From: Trueperaceae bacterium
Lineage (GTDB): Bacteria > Deinococcota > Deinococci > Deinococcales > Trueperaceae
Direction: 5' to 3'
DNA length: 64,000 nt
Assembly (NCBI GenBank): GCA_965214405.1
Contig: OZ243956.1
Location: forward strand, 1,536,001-1,600,000
The translations under genes and the position numbers were made by a program. The notes beneath the pieces are model-generated. The model was not told the DNA's origin and ran no database searches. It saw only the letters and a list, made by a program, of their open reading frames with translations. How positions within the stretch are numbered: the stretch's first letter is position 1; each line of letters starts with the position of its first letter. Shown in pieces: positions 9,890 to 20,006 of the stretch.

Positions 9890-10963
9890 ATGAAAATCAG
9901 AACCGGCTTCACCCTGACCACGTTCTTATGCCTGTTCCTTTTGGGGATGGCGCAGGCGCAAACGCGGTTGCCCTACGGCGCGGTTCAGACCGCGCCCGCG
10001 CGTTACAGCGATGTGCCAGAGGGCCACTGGGCGAGCGAGGCGGTGGGGCGTCTCACCAGCTTAGGCATCCTCACGGGCTATCCCGATGGCACCTTTCGCG
10101 GCACCCAGCCCCTGACGCGCTACGAAATCGCGCTGGTGGGCGCGCGCTTGATTGACTACGTCAACACGCTGACCGGCCTCGTCGGGGACGACCCCGCGCT
10201 CATAGAAAGCCTGCGGGCGGCGGAGGCCGAACTCGGCGGGGAGCCGTTGGCGACGCGCACCGAGAGGCTCGAGCAGGGTCTCGAAAGAGCCGCCTCGCTC
10301 GAGTACGTGCGGAGTCTTGAAGCGCGCGTGGTGGCGCTCGAGAGGATGCTCAACGAGCAGATGGGCTCGAGCCTTCCCGGCACCATGACCGAAGCGGGGG
10401 ACGTACCTCTTTCCGCCGCCGAAGCCGCGGGGAGCACGGGAGAGGGCGCGACGGGAGACGCAACGGGCGGCGCGTCCGGTTTCGGCGTAGCCGCGCCCCC
10501 CACACAAACGGGGGCACAGACGGAAACCGGCGTGAGAACCGGCACCGTCGCCCTGAGTCGCCGTAGCGCGTATCCGCTTTACGTCGGCGCTATGTCGGGT
10601 GTGGACTTTAGCTTGGACGGGGCTTATTTCGGTTTGCAAGCGGGTTACAACGGTCTCGTCGGCCCCGTCGGCGCGGGTCTGCGCCTCGCTTACAACCTCT
10701 CGACCCGTGAACTTCGCGCGTCTGCGGATGCGACGGTGCGCCTTACCGCGTTCGTCGACGGCCTCGAGTTCTACGGCGGTTTGGGCGTCGGCGGGAGCTT
10801 TCGCTCGGAGGGTGACGCGATTTTTCTCGAGGCCCCCCTCGGCGCGGAATACTTCGTCACCCCCCGCGTCGGTCTCTTTTTGCAAGCCGTTCCCGCCTAC
10901 GATTTTGCACCCTTCAACGAGGTGGGCGCGACCGTGACGGCGGGGGTAAATCTGCGGTTTTAG
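9890..10963 (+). CDS. S-layer homology (SLH) domain protein with C-terminal outer-membrane beta-barrel
   Basis: Signal peptide; SDVPEGHWA...GILTGYPDGTFRG...TRYE; coiled coil; alternating beta-strands ending GVNLRF (C-terminal Phe); AGGAGG RBS. Confidence 0.85.
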   Translation: MKIRTGFTLTTFLCLFLLGMAQAQTRLPYGAVQTAPARYSDVPEGHWASEAVGRLTSLGILTGYPDGTFRGTQPLTRYEIALVGARLIDYVNTLTGLVGDDPALIESLRAAEAELGGEPLATRTERLEQGLERAASLEYVRSLEARVVALERMLNEQMGSSLPGTMTEAGDVPLSAAEAAGSTGEGATGDATGGASGFGVAAPPTQTGAQTETGVRTGTVALSRRSAYPLYVGAMSGVDFSLDGAYFGLQAGYNGLVGPVGAGLRLAYNLSTRELRASADATVRLTAFVDGLEFYGGLGVGGSFRSEGDAIFLEAPLGAEYFVTPRVGLFLQAVPAYDFAPFNEVGATVTAGVNLRF

Positions 10964-11017
10964 GGTTCTACGGTGTATCAGGGTTCTTGAAAACATGTAA
11001 AGCAGGCGGCGGCCAGC

Positions 11018-12247
11018 CTAGACTGCGGGCACAGGCGGTGCGGTGAGAGACGCCCTGGTCCTATTCAAGAAGCCCGCGTCTTGCCAATACGCGTCAAGCG
11101 CCTGAAGCGCCGCCCCGAACGCCCCACCGTAGGGGGGCAGACTTGCGTAGCTCGCATTCACGTCTCCCGCCAGAACGGGCATGACCCGCCCTCTAAGCGC
11201 GCTGGTGAGGTCGTCCAGAAACGCTTGACCCGCGTGTTTGAGCGGCCCCCCAATCACGACGTTGGGCGTGCCCGTAATGTTGATGGTGCTGCCCAAAGCC
11301 CGCGCCACGTAGTGCGCCGTTTCTAGAAGCACCTCCTGCGCGCGCGCGTCGCCCTGTTGGGCGCGCTCACACACGCGTTCGAAAGTTGTGTCTCCAAAAT
11401 TCATGGAACTTGAGCGCGCCCCCAACCGCCGAACTACCGCCGCGCCCGTGGCGACGGTGCATAAGCAGCCGCGGTTGCCGCAAACGCAACGCGCGCCGCC
11501 CTCATCGACCACCACGTGACCGACCTCGCCGCACACCCCCGAGGAGGGCTTGAGGAGGTGGTTGTTGGTAAAAATCCCCGAGCCGACGCCGTGGTTGCTT
11601 ATAAAGAGGTAAATGGCGTCCACCACGCCGCGACTCTTACCAAAGCGGTGCTCCGCCTCGGCCAGGGCGCGCGAGTAGTCCTCGACCAGCACGAGTTTTC
11701 TGATACGCGTTTGCAACGCGCGCCTCACGGGTAGCGGCTCGAGCGGGACGAACGACCCCGGCTCCCAGGTGACCCAGTGACCGTCCGCCGTGACGACGTC
11801 GTGAAACGCCACGGTGAGCGCCACAACCCTTTTCCACGCGTGAGCGCGACGCTCGAGCGCTGTACGAACACTTCTGACAAGCGCGTTCAAAACAGCGAGC
11901 TCAGGGCGAAAGGGAACGGCCTCCGCCTCGCCGTGGTCCATAAGGTTGCCCACTGCGTCGAGGAGCGCCCAGCGCAGCACCCCGTCACCAAACTCCACAC
12001 CCAACGCGGTGCCGTGCTCGGGATTGATACCCAGGACGTCCGAAGGACGACCTCGACCGTTCGCCTGAGCGTCATCTGCTTCCACGATAAGATTTGAGTC
12101 GCGCAGCTCCCCGACAAGCCGGTTGACGCTAGGCTGGCTCCAGTCGAGCAGGTCGCTCAGCGCCGCGCGGGTGGTGGGGCCGTGCTTGTAAAGCGTGGCG
12201 AGAAGCTGGGCGTAGCGGTCTAATTTTGCCTTTTGCGCCATATTCAA
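11018..12247 (-). CDS. ROK-family transcriptional repressor
   Basis: N-terminal wHTH (TRAAL...SQPSVNRLV..L) and GRGRP, then a ROK domain with GEVGH and CVCGNRGCL. Confidence 0.88.
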   Translation of the reverse strand: MNMAQKAKLDRYAQLLATLYKHGPTTRAALSDLLDWSQPSVNRLVGELRDSNLIVEADDAQANGRGRPSDVLGINPEHGTALGVEFGDGVLRWALLDAVGNLMDHGEAEAVPFRPELAVLNALVRSVRTALERRAHAWKRVVALTVAFHDVVTADGHWVTWEPGSFVPLEPLPVRRALQTRIRKLVLVEDYSRALAEAEHRFGKSRGVVDAIYLFISNHGVGSGIFTNNHLLKPSSGVCGEVGHVVVDEGGARCVCGNRGCLCTVATGAAVVRRLGARSSSMNFGDTTFERVCERAQQGDARAQEVLLETAHYVARALGSTINITGTPNVVIGGPLKHAGQAFLDDLTSALRGRVMPVLAGDVNASYASLPPYGGAFGAALQALDAYWQDAGFLNRTRASLTAPPVPAV

Positions 12248-12317
12248 CTTCAGTTTATCAGCATGTCACGTCCTGTCTCGACGGGACCTTTATCAAGCCG
12301 AAGCTCTATAAAGGGAC

Positions 12318-12346
12318 TTGTATATTTAATCATTTTGAGTTAAAGT
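12318..12346 (+). promoter_or_regulatory. Sigma70-type promoter with overlapping imperfect inverted repeat (candidate ROK operator)
   Basis: TTGTAT-17nt-TAAAGT; TTTAATCATTTTGAGTTAAA spans the spacer and -10. Confidence 0.55.
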
Positions 12347-12421
12347 AGCGTCCATCTTAGCAGACGCCTTTTTCTGCGACGCCCGGAGAGGAAGCGCAGG
12401 AAAAAGCTGGAGGGAGAGACG

Positions 12422-13693
12422 ATGACCACACTCGAGGCTGAAGCGCTCCTACCCTACGACTGGCCGGGGAGCGCCTTTATCGGCGAGGAAGAGGCGGCGG
12501 CGGTGGGGGCCGTGGTCGAGGCGCAAAGTCCGTTTCGCTACTACGGCCCGGACGTACAGGGGTATGCGGACGCGCTCGAGGCTGCCTACAGGGAGCGCTT
12601 CGACCAGCCCTACGCCCTGGCCGTCAACAGTTGCACGGCGGGTTTGTCCGTCGCCATGACCGCGCTCGGCATCGGGCCGGGGGATGAGGTCTTGGTGCCC
12701 GGCTTTTTTTGGGTGTCGTGCGCCGCCGCCGTCGTCAGGGCGGGCGCGGTGCCGCGCCTGGTCGAGATTGACGAGAGTTTCACGCTTCAGCCCAAAGATT
12801 TAGAAGCCAAAGTCACCCCGCACACCAAGGCGATTTTGGTCGTCCACATGAGCGGCGCGGCCGCCGACATGGACGCGGTGATGAGCGTGGCCGAGCGGCA
12901 CGGGCTGCTGATCATTGAAGACGTGGCGCAGGCGAACGGCGGCGCGTACAAGGGTCGTCCGCTGGGCTCTTTTGGCGACGCGGCGGTCACGAGTTTTCAA
13001 TTTAACAAAAACATCACCGCGGGCGAGGGGGGGCTGTTTGCATGTAGGGATGAAGGGGTATTTCGCCGCGCCTTTGCCGTACACGACCTCGGTTACGCCC
13101 GCAACGCCGAGGGCCGCTTGGACCCCGACGACCCCGACGTCCAGCTTTGGGGTCAGGGGAGCCGCATGGGCGAACTCTGCGCCGCGATGCTCGTGGCGCA
13201 AGAGCGCAAACTAGACACCATCACCGCACGGATGAGACGTCAAAACCATAAACTTTACGCGGGGCTTGAAGGGGTTGGGGGCTCGCGCAACCGCACGGTT
13301 CACGACCCCGCGGGCGACACGGGACCGTTCGTCATCCTCGTGTGGCCCTCGACTGAGGTCTGTAACGCGGTAGTCAAGGCGACCCGCGACGCGGGCGTTA
13401 AGACCGGACCCAAGTCGGGCGGCAACCTGCCACTCTCGCTCTTTGGGCTGCACCTCTACTACAACGTCCCGAGCTTGGTGAATAAACGTCCGCTCAACGG
13501 GAGCGGCTACCCCTGGAGCGCGCCCGAAAACGCGTTTGCCAAGCCCTACAGCTACACCAAAGGCACTCTGCCCGTCACGGACGGTTTGTTCGCGCGCTCG
13601 AGCCTCCTCTCGGTCTCCCCTATGCTGACGGACAGTGCCTGCGAGCAAATTATCGAGATTTTCTGGCGTAGCGCCGCGGCGTTGGGACTGTAG
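12422..13693 (+). CDS. DegT/DnrJ/EryC1/StrS-family PLP-dependent sugar aminotransferase
   Basis: NSCTAGL, GPGDEV, IIEDVAQA, SFQFNKNITAGEGG (PLP Lys); GGAGGGAG RBS. Confidence 0.88.
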   Translation: MTTLEAEALLPYDWPGSAFIGEEEAAAVGAVVEAQSPFRYYGPDVQGYADALEAAYRERFDQPYALAVNSCTAGLSVAMTALGIGPGDEVLVPGFFWVSCAAAVVRAGAVPRLVEIDESFTLQPKDLEAKVTPHTKAILVVHMSGAAADMDAVMSVAERHGLLIIEDVAQANGGAYKGRPLGSFGDAAVTSFQFNKNITAGEGGLFACRDEGVFRRAFAVHDLGYARNAEGRLDPDDPDVQLWGQGSRMGELCAAMLVAQERKLDTITARMRRQNHKLYAGLEGVGGSRNRTVHDPAGDTGPFVILVWPSTEVCNAVVKATRDAGVKTGPKSGGNLPLSLFGLHLYYNVPSLVNKRPLNGSGYPWSAPENAFAKPYSYTKGTLPVTDGLFARSSLLSVSPMLTDSACEQIIEIFWRSAAALGL

Positions 13694-13760
13694 GGGCTAG
13701 CTTCTCCTTTACAACCCCCAAGGTGCAGAGGGCTGACGGCGGGGTCGGTTGAAAAGTAGC

Positions 13761-14889
13761 TCACCCTTTGAGCTTTGTCATGACGCGCACGGGCGACCCA
13801 AGCGTCCGGTGAACCGGGCAGCAGTTGGCGATGTTCAAAAGGCGTTCGCGTCGGGTTTGGTCGAGGGGACTCTCGAGCCGTAGCTCGCGGGTGAAATGGT
13901 CCAGCTTGGCACCCTTCTCGCAGTCCTCGCAGTCTTTGGCGTGAACCTTCCTGTATTTCACCGCGACCGTCGCGGCCTCCAGGGGCTAACCCTTGTGGTC
14001 GGCGTAGAGGCGCAGCGTCATCGAGATGCACGTTGCGGGAGAAGCCGTTCGCCAGCCCCTCCGTGCGCAACCCCTTTTTGGTTCGCGCGATGACGCGGTT
14101 GTCACGGTATCACCGCGCCGCGAGGGTTTTTCGCTCTCAAGTACCGCCCCGCCCACGCCGCAATGGTCGCGCCCGCGTAGCGTGAATCGCGCTCCTCCGA
14201 CAAGAGGTGGTCGGCGTCATCTAAGGAGACAAAACTTTTGGGATGCCTGGCCGCCTTGAAAATGTCCGCCGCGTTCTCGACGCCCACAACCCTATCCACG
14301 GGCGAATGCAGCACGAGGAGCGCGCGGCGCAGCCCGCCAATCGTCTCCTCCATACGCGCCTCTTGAGGTTGTCTAGAAACGCTTTTTTGATGGTGAAGCG
14401 CCGCCCGCCCAGCACCACCTCCGCCTCGCCCTTTCTTTGAATCGTCTCGAGGTTACCCGCAAGCAGCTTGGTCAGGTGTTGGGGGCTGCTGGGCGCGCCC
14501 AGGGTCGTCATCGCCTTAACGCTATCCAACTTTGACGCAGCCTGCAACACCGCAGCGCCCCCGAGCGAGTGCCCGACGAGCAGCGCGGGGGCTTCATAAG
14601 CGTCTTCTAAAAAAGCGGCGGCGGCCACGAGGTCATCCACATTGGATGAAAACGTCGTGTCGGGATCCCCCTCGCTCTCGCCGAGCCCGGTAAAGTCGAA
14701 GCGGAGTAAGGCGATTCCCTCCTGCGTGAGCGCTCGAGCGATGTGGCGCGCCGCCCTGGAGTTTTTAGAGCAGGTAAATCAGTGGGCAAAAAGCGTGTAG
14801 GCGCGGGGCTCGCCGTCAACGGGGAGCTCGAGCCGCGCGGAGAGCGTTTCACCCCCCGCGTTCTTGAAGTAAACTTTAGTCGAGGGCAC
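13761..14889 (-). pseudogene. Decayed bifunctional alpha/beta-hydrolase-OsmC gene
   Basis: Pieces: FAH*FTCSK (TGA at 14779-14781), RFDFTGLGESEG, GHSLGG, a frameshift near 14360, HSP.D/DHLL, loss of the OsmC ADEP...GAC segment, in-frame TAG in HKG*PL, then CPVHRTL. Confidence 0.88.
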
Positions 14890-14919
14890 GGTTACCTCAC
14901 GGCACAAGAAAGGGGTAGT

Positions 14920-15402
14920 GTGGCGGACAAAGCCTTGGAGGTATATCTGAACGACCACCTGGCCGGTTCGGAGGCGGCCCTGGCGGGCATCGAGCGTCAC
15001 CTCCGGGAGGACGCGGGCGGCTTGGGTGCCGCGCGCTTGGCGCACCTCTTGCCGGAAATCCGCAAGGACCAGGCGCTTTTGAAAAAACTCATAAGCAGAA
15101 TCGGCGGCGAGGAGAGCGCCGCCAAAAAAGCGGGAGCCTGGCTCGCGGAAAAGGCGAGCCGACTCAAGCTTGGGGGCAAGGCCGAGTCAAACCCCCTGCG
15201 CCTGGTGGAGGCGTTTGAAGCGCTCGCGCTCGGCGTCCACGGCAAGGGCTTGCTGTGGCGTCTCATGAACGCGCTGTACCGCGACGACGCGCGCTTCAGC
15301 GACGTCGATTTTGGCGAACTAGAGCGCCGCGCCGCGCGCCAGTACGACGAGGTGGAGGCGCTCAGGCTCGAGGCGGCCAGGCTGGCGTTCTCGAGCCCGT
15401 AA
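14920..15402 (+). CDS. Helical hypothetical protein (YLNDHLAGS family, ferritin-like)
   Basis: GTG start after AAAGGGG; YLNDHLAGS...EKASRLKL...EALALGVHGKGLLW. Confidence 0.7.
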   Translation: MADKALEVYLNDHLAGSEAALAGIERHLREDAGGLGAARLAHLLPEIRKDQALLKKLISRIGGEESAAKKAGAWLAEKASRLKLGGKAESNPLRLVEAFEALALGVHGKGLLWRLMNALYRDDARFSDVDFGELERRAARQYDEVEALRLEAARLAFSSP

Positions 15403-15589
15403 CCCGGCCTGTAAGAGGCGCTAACTCTAGCAGGCAACACCCTTGAGCGAATATGTTCTATACGTTAACGTGCAGGACGTAGCTTAGAGCGTGATACTTG
15501 CGGTGATAGACGCTAGCGTCAATGAAAATCGCTATAACAACCCCCGCTAAAGCGTGAGCCAACGCGGAGCAGGTGTGCGTCTAAGAGAG

Positions 15590-16744
15590 CTAGTCCAGCA
15601 AGCGCTTGATGCGCCTCAGCGCCTTGTGGACGTTGTCCATACTCGTCGCGTAACTCAAGCGCGCGAGCCCCGGCGCGTAAAAGTCGGTGCCCGGCACCAC
15701 GCCGACGTGCGCTTTTTCAAGGAGCACGATCGCCGCCTCCGTCTCATCCTCACGGATGGGCGTCACGTCGGTCATCACGTAAAACGCGCCCTGCGGCAGG
15801 GGCGTCTTTAACCCCAACTTGTTGAGCCCCTCGACCAGCACGTCGCGGCGCTCTTTGTACGCGCGTTTGGTCCGTTCGATAAACTTTTTGGTCTTTTCCT
15901 CTTCGTTGAGCGCCGCCGCCGCCGCGTGCTGCGCCACCGCGTTCGCGCCGCTCGTCACCTGGCCCTGAAGGCGGTTCATCGCCTTGATGAGCTCGACGGG
16001 TCCCGCGCCGTAGCCGATGCGCCAACCCGTGAGCGCGTAAGCCTTGCTTGCCCCGTGGATGACGAGCGTTTTCTCGGGCGCGTAGCTTGCGGCGGCGGTA
16101 AATTCACCCTCGTAAATCAGGTGCTCGTAAAGGTCATCAGTAAAAATCCAGATGTCGCGTTCGGCGGCCATCTCGACTAACGCTCTCACCACCTCGCGCG
16201 GATAAACCGCGCCCGTCGGGTTCGAGGGCGAATTGATGAGGATGACTTTGGTCCGCTCGGTGATGGCACCCCGCACCTCCTCGGGGTCGGGGACGAAGCC
16301 GTCCTCGAGCCGCGTCACCACCGGCACCGCCACCCCGCCCGCCAGCTCGACCTGCGCGGGATAAGAAACCCAGTAAGGCGCGGGAATGATGACCTCGTCG
16401 CCGGGGTTCAGGACCGACATGAACGCGTTGTAAAGGACTTGCTTGCCACCTGTCGAGACGATGATTTGGTCCGGGGTGTAGGTGAGGCTGTTTTCCCTTG
16501 CGAACTTGCCACAAACCGCCTCGCGCAGTTCAACCGTTCCCTCCGAGGCGGTGTACTTGGTCATCCCCAAGTCAATCGCCTCGTGCGCCGCCGCCAGCAC
16601 GTGCTCGGGCGGCCCAAAGTCGGGCTCCCCCGCCGTCATCGCCACCACGTCCACCCCGCTACGCGCGAGTTCTTTGGCTTTGGTATTAAACGCAACCGTC
16701 GCAGAGGCTTTGAGGTTTCTTATCTTTTCAGAGAGTGGGGGCAT
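15590..16744 (-). CDS. aspC: Aspartate aminotransferase (class I/II PLP)
   Basis: GEPDF, PYWVSY, NSPSNPTG, DDLYE, SKAYALTGWRIG. Confidence 0.88.
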   Translation of the reverse strand: MPPLSEKIRNLKASATVAFNTKAKELARSGVDVVAMTAGEPDFGPPEHVLAAAHEAIDLGMTKYTASEGTVELREAVCGKFARENSLTYTPDQIIVSTGGKQVLYNAFMSVLNPGDEVIIPAPYWVSYPAQVELAGGVAVPVVTRLEDGFVPDPEEVRGAITERTKVILINSPSNPTGAVYPREVVRALVEMAAERDIWIFTDDLYEHLIYEGEFTAAASYAPEKTLVIHGASKAYALTGWRIGYGAGPVELIKAMNRLQGQVTSGANAVAQHAAAAALNEEEKTKKFIERTKRAYKERRDVLVEGLNKLGLKTPLPQGAFYVMTDVTPIREDETEAAIVLLEKAHVGVVPGTDFYAPGLARLSYATSMDNVHKALRRIKRLLD

Positions 16745-16870
16745 AGGATTCCTCTGGAGGTGGAGTGGGGAGATAGGGAGCTGGGGAGTAAGCCGGGGAG
16801 TAGAGAGGTAGGAAAAAGGCTTTGACTTTACTCTTACCTTTCTACTTGGTACTCGGTACTTCTTTAACGT

Positions 16871-17284
16871 TTAAGCCAGCTCCTCAAAAAAAATACCAAT
16901 CTCACGCTCCGCCGTTGCGGGCGCGTCGGAGCCGTGGGCGACGTTCTCGTCAATCGTGGTGGCGAAGTCGCCGCGGATGGTGCCGGGGGCGGCGTCTTCG
17001 GGGTTGGTCGCGCCCATCATCTTGCGCCATTCGGCAATCACGTTTTCGCCCTCCACGACCATCGCCACCACCGGGCCACCCGTAATAAAAGAGACGAGGC
17101 CTTCAAAAAAGGGCTTGCCCTCGTGCTCGCCGTAATGCCGTTCGGCGGTTTCGCGGGGAATTTGCATGAATTTCATGCCGACTAAGGTAAACCCTTTTTG
17201 CTCTATTCTGCGAATTACTTCACCCACCAGACCGCGCTTGACGCCGTCGGGTTTGACCATTGCAAAGGTGCGCTCGAGTGCCAT
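16871..17284 (-). CDS. ndk: Nucleoside diphosphate kinase
   Basis: [26 protein letters not shown]. Start reassigned to MALERT. Confidence 0.95.
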   Translation of the reverse strand: MALERTFAMVKPDGVKRGLVGEVIRRIEQKGFTLVGMKFMQIPRETAERHYGEHEGKPFFEGLVSFITGGPVVAMVVEGENVIAEWRKMMGATNPEDAAPGTIRGDFATTIDENVAHGSDAPATAEREIGIFFEELA

Positions 17285-17417
17285 AAGAAGGGAGTCTAAC
17301 ATGAACGCGGGCATGGTGCGTCCAGGAACGCTCGCCTTCAAAAGCGAGTTTATCCGTCCTCTCTTCCGCCTTTGTTAAAGTCTTCATGAAGCTCTTCTCT
17401 CATCCACGCCGCGCCGC

Positions 17418-17433
17418 TGTGAAGTATCTTACA
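17418..17433. promoter_or_regulatory. CRP-like box in the ndk/lipoprotein divergent region
   Basis: TGTGA-AGTATC-TTACA, one mismatch to TGTGA-N6-TCACA. Confidence 0.4.
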
Positions 17434-17605
17434 CGCATCTCAGGATGTTCTCATCGAAGGGGGTGAGAGGGGTGAACGCGGTCGCTACGACTCTGGTCTT
17501 TCTGGGGGTGCAAACGGGTGATGTGGTCATTAACTAACGGATGAGTCAGCTTCTATTCCGCTGGAACAACACTCAAACTTATAAGTATAACCAGGAGAGA
17601 ACCAA

Positions 17606-18964
17606 ATGAAACGTTTGTTTGCTTTACTGATGCTGTTAAGTTTGCTCGTGCTCGCGGCGTGTAGCGACACGACGCCCAACCTAGCGCCCACACCGGACAA
17701 TCCTGAAACCAGCGTTACAGGTTTCCGCTTTGACGTCGACCCGAGTTCTCAGCAAGTTTCTGTAACCGCCATTGGGATGGACGGGAACGCGCTGAGGACG
17801 CAGCAGGCGGGCGGGGCGAGGCTGCTCGAGCCGGGAACCGAGCTTATCGCAAGCAATGTTCGCGCTGGCCGCGCATCCGAAAACGTGGCGACCATTACGG
17901 CCACGTTCGAAAATGTCACCACTGACGAAAGTTTCGGTCAGCCTTTCACCTTCCGGCCCGCGCTCGCGCCTCAACAGGGCAACTACCTGAGCTCCACCGA
18001 ACCCACCGTCACGGATGCGGATTTAGGAGGAGACGGCGTGCTCTCGCCCGGTGAGTCAACCTCAACGCTCACTTTTACCGTCAGGTTTAAGAGCCGACCC
18101 TTCTCCTACTTCGTTAACGCCTACGCAGTTGAACAGCAAGCCACAAAAGGCTGCGGCGCTGACGGCGTCTTCCAAGGTGACGTGACGATTCGAGAACAAG
18201 CGGTTTTAGACACCCTCGAGGGCTGCACCACCATAAACGGAAGCTTGTCCATCAACACCGACGCGTCAACCCTCGACTTCTCGCCGCTCAACGGTTTAGA
18301 GACGGTCACGGGTGACCTTATTATAGGTAGCCTTAATGTTGACGACGACTCATCGCTCACCTCCGTCGCTGGCTTTGGGCAGCTTGAAACTGTCGGGGGC
18401 AGGTTATTCATAATACTCAGCAAAGCCCTCGTCTCCGTGTCAGGCTTTGGACAGCTTGAAACCGTTGGAGGCGACTTGTCGATCTTTGGCAATGACAGGC
18501 TCGTTTCTGTGGCGGGCTTTGAAAGTCTCAAAATCGTTGGCGACGACGTCTCAATAGACTTCAACGTTGTACTAGCCTCCATCCCAGAGTTTGGAGCGCT
18601 CGAGCAGGTTAGCGGCTTCTTGTCAATCGACCTCAGCGCCCTCACCTCCGTGACAGGCTTTGGGCAGCTCAAAACTGTTGGCGGATTGGTTATTTCTGAA
18701 AACGGCGCGCTCGTTTCTGTGGCGGGTTTTGAGCAGCTCGAAACAGTCGGCGTCCCTGGGTTCAGTTCACCCTTTAATATTGGTGAAAACGGCGCGCTCG
18801 TCTCCATCGTGGGCTTTGACAGCCTCAGCTCTGAGAACGTCTTCGCCACCAGCTCTATTTTCGATAACCGCAACTTCGACTGCTCCGTCCCGCCCCAGAG
18901 CAACCTACCCTTCTTACCCGTTGATAGGTCGTTTGGCAACCTCGTCGACTGCCCCACAAAGTAA
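17606..18964 (+). CDS. Lipoprotein with receptor-L-domain-like leucine-rich repeats
   Basis: Lipobox LAAC; about seven ~25-aa repeats (LxSVxGFxxLxTVGGxLxIxxN) capped by Cys-containing segments; AGGAG RBS. Confidence 0.8.
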   Translation: MKRLFALLMLLSLLVLAACSDTTPNLAPTPDNPETSVTGFRFDVDPSSQQVSVTAIGMDGNALRTQQAGGARLLEPGTELIASNVRAGRASENVATITATFENVTTDESFGQPFTFRPALAPQQGNYLSSTEPTVTDADLGGDGVLSPGESTSTLTFTVRFKSRPFSYFVNAYAVEQQATKGCGADGVFQGDVTIREQAVLDTLEGCTTINGSLSINTDASTLDFSPLNGLETVTGDLIIGSLNVDDDSSLTSVAGFGQLETVGGRLFIILSKALVSVSGFGQLETVGGDLSIFGNDRLVSVAGFESLKIVGDDVSIDFNVVLASIPEFGALEQVSGFLSIDLSALTSVTGFGQLKTVGGLVISENGALVSVAGFEQLETVGVPGFSSPFNIGENGALVSIVGFDSLSSENVFATSSIFDNRNFDCSVPPQSNLPFLPVDRSFGNLVDCPTK

Positions 18965-19481
18965 CGAAAGGAGACACAGCGGAATACAAACCCGAAACAC
19001 AAGAACAGCGTGAGGACAAGAAGCCCTTTGAAGAGCCCAAGCTTACTTACCTCACCCCCACCCTCACCGAGCGAGGCAATGTGCAAGAGGTGACGCTCCA
19101 AGGCTTTTTCGGCTCGTTTTCTCCGTAACCGTTTAGCACCAGGACATGCACCCTCGGCTTTCATGGTCGGGGGTGCTCGCTTTATGTTTGGCAAGCACCG
19201 TCATGGCACCAACCCGGTACCAGACCGTGTCGCCCTTGCCGAACATGTGCCCTCACGCGTGGCTCGCAAAACCACATTGCGTGTTGGGGTAACCGAGGAC
19301 GTACCGAGCGCCGAGTAGCGAGAGCGTCCGAAAGTTCGTATCCCCCGTTTCTTTAACGTCTTTAACGACGAACGGTTCGCCCAGAAGAGCGAACCGTTTT
19401 CGCAAGTGCTTCGTTGAGCAGTCCCTCTCAGCGTTCACACGCCAGCGCGTCACTGCGATTCACAGAATGTGCGGCAACCTT

Positions 19482-19760
19482 TTAGACGCGCGCCGCGAGC
19501 AGCGCGTGCTTTTCTAAAAAAGCTTCAAACTTGGCGCGGTTGAATCTCGAGAACGAGGCGGCGTCCTCACCATAAACAACCGTCGGCACGCTGCGCTTGC
19601 CGTTGTTGACGCGCATGACGTAGTCGGCGGCCTCGAGGTCGTGCTCGATGTTGACTTCTTGAAAGGGGATTGAGAGCTTTTCTAAGACTTTTTTGGCGAC
19701 CTGGCAGTCGCCGCACCACGACGTTGAGTAAAGAGTAAGGGTGTCCGTCCTTCTGTCCAT
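19482..19760 (-). CDS. Glutaredoxin-like protein (NrdH/mycoredoxin-like)
   Basis: YSTSWCGDC and GKRSVPT; GGAGG RBS before ATG 19760. Confidence 0.85.
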   Translation of the reverse strand: MDRRTDTLTLYSTSWCGDCQVAKKVLEKLSIPFQEVNIEHDLEAADYVMRVNNGKRSVPTVVYGEDAASFSRFNRAKFEAFLEKHALLAARV

Positions 19761-20006
19761 CGTTCCTCCAAAAAACGCCGCACGCGGCGGCACGGGGGAG
19801 CGTAACACGCACGTGCGAGAGGCTCTGTCGTGCTGAATGACGCGTCCCAACTATAAGAAATCCTTCAGTGCGCCTCGTCTGCCTTTCCCGCTCGGTTTGT
19901 CGCGTTTACGCCACGCCGCGCGCGCAGGGCGTGTATACTCGCATGAGAGAACGCAAGTTTGGTTTCCCATCCCCTTAGACTAATTTCTTACCAGAACAGG
20001 ACACCC

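Noticed and set aside
14767..14790. In-frame TGA at the Cys position of AH(C)FTC, suggesting selenocysteine (UxxC)
   Set aside because: The same gene has a frameshift, an internal deletion and a TAG at a Trp codon, so nonsense decay is the simpler explanation.
15451..15467. ATATGTTCTATACGTTA resembling the Deinococcus RDRM/DdrO box; 60932-60947 is also similar
   Set aside because: The first lies between convergent gene ends with two mismatches. The second is 16 bp rather than 17 bp and has no DNA-repair gene downstream.
18121..19194. 357-aa antisense ORF over the L-domain lipoprotein
   Set aside because: Shadow of a repetitive gene; no RBS or recognisable motifs.
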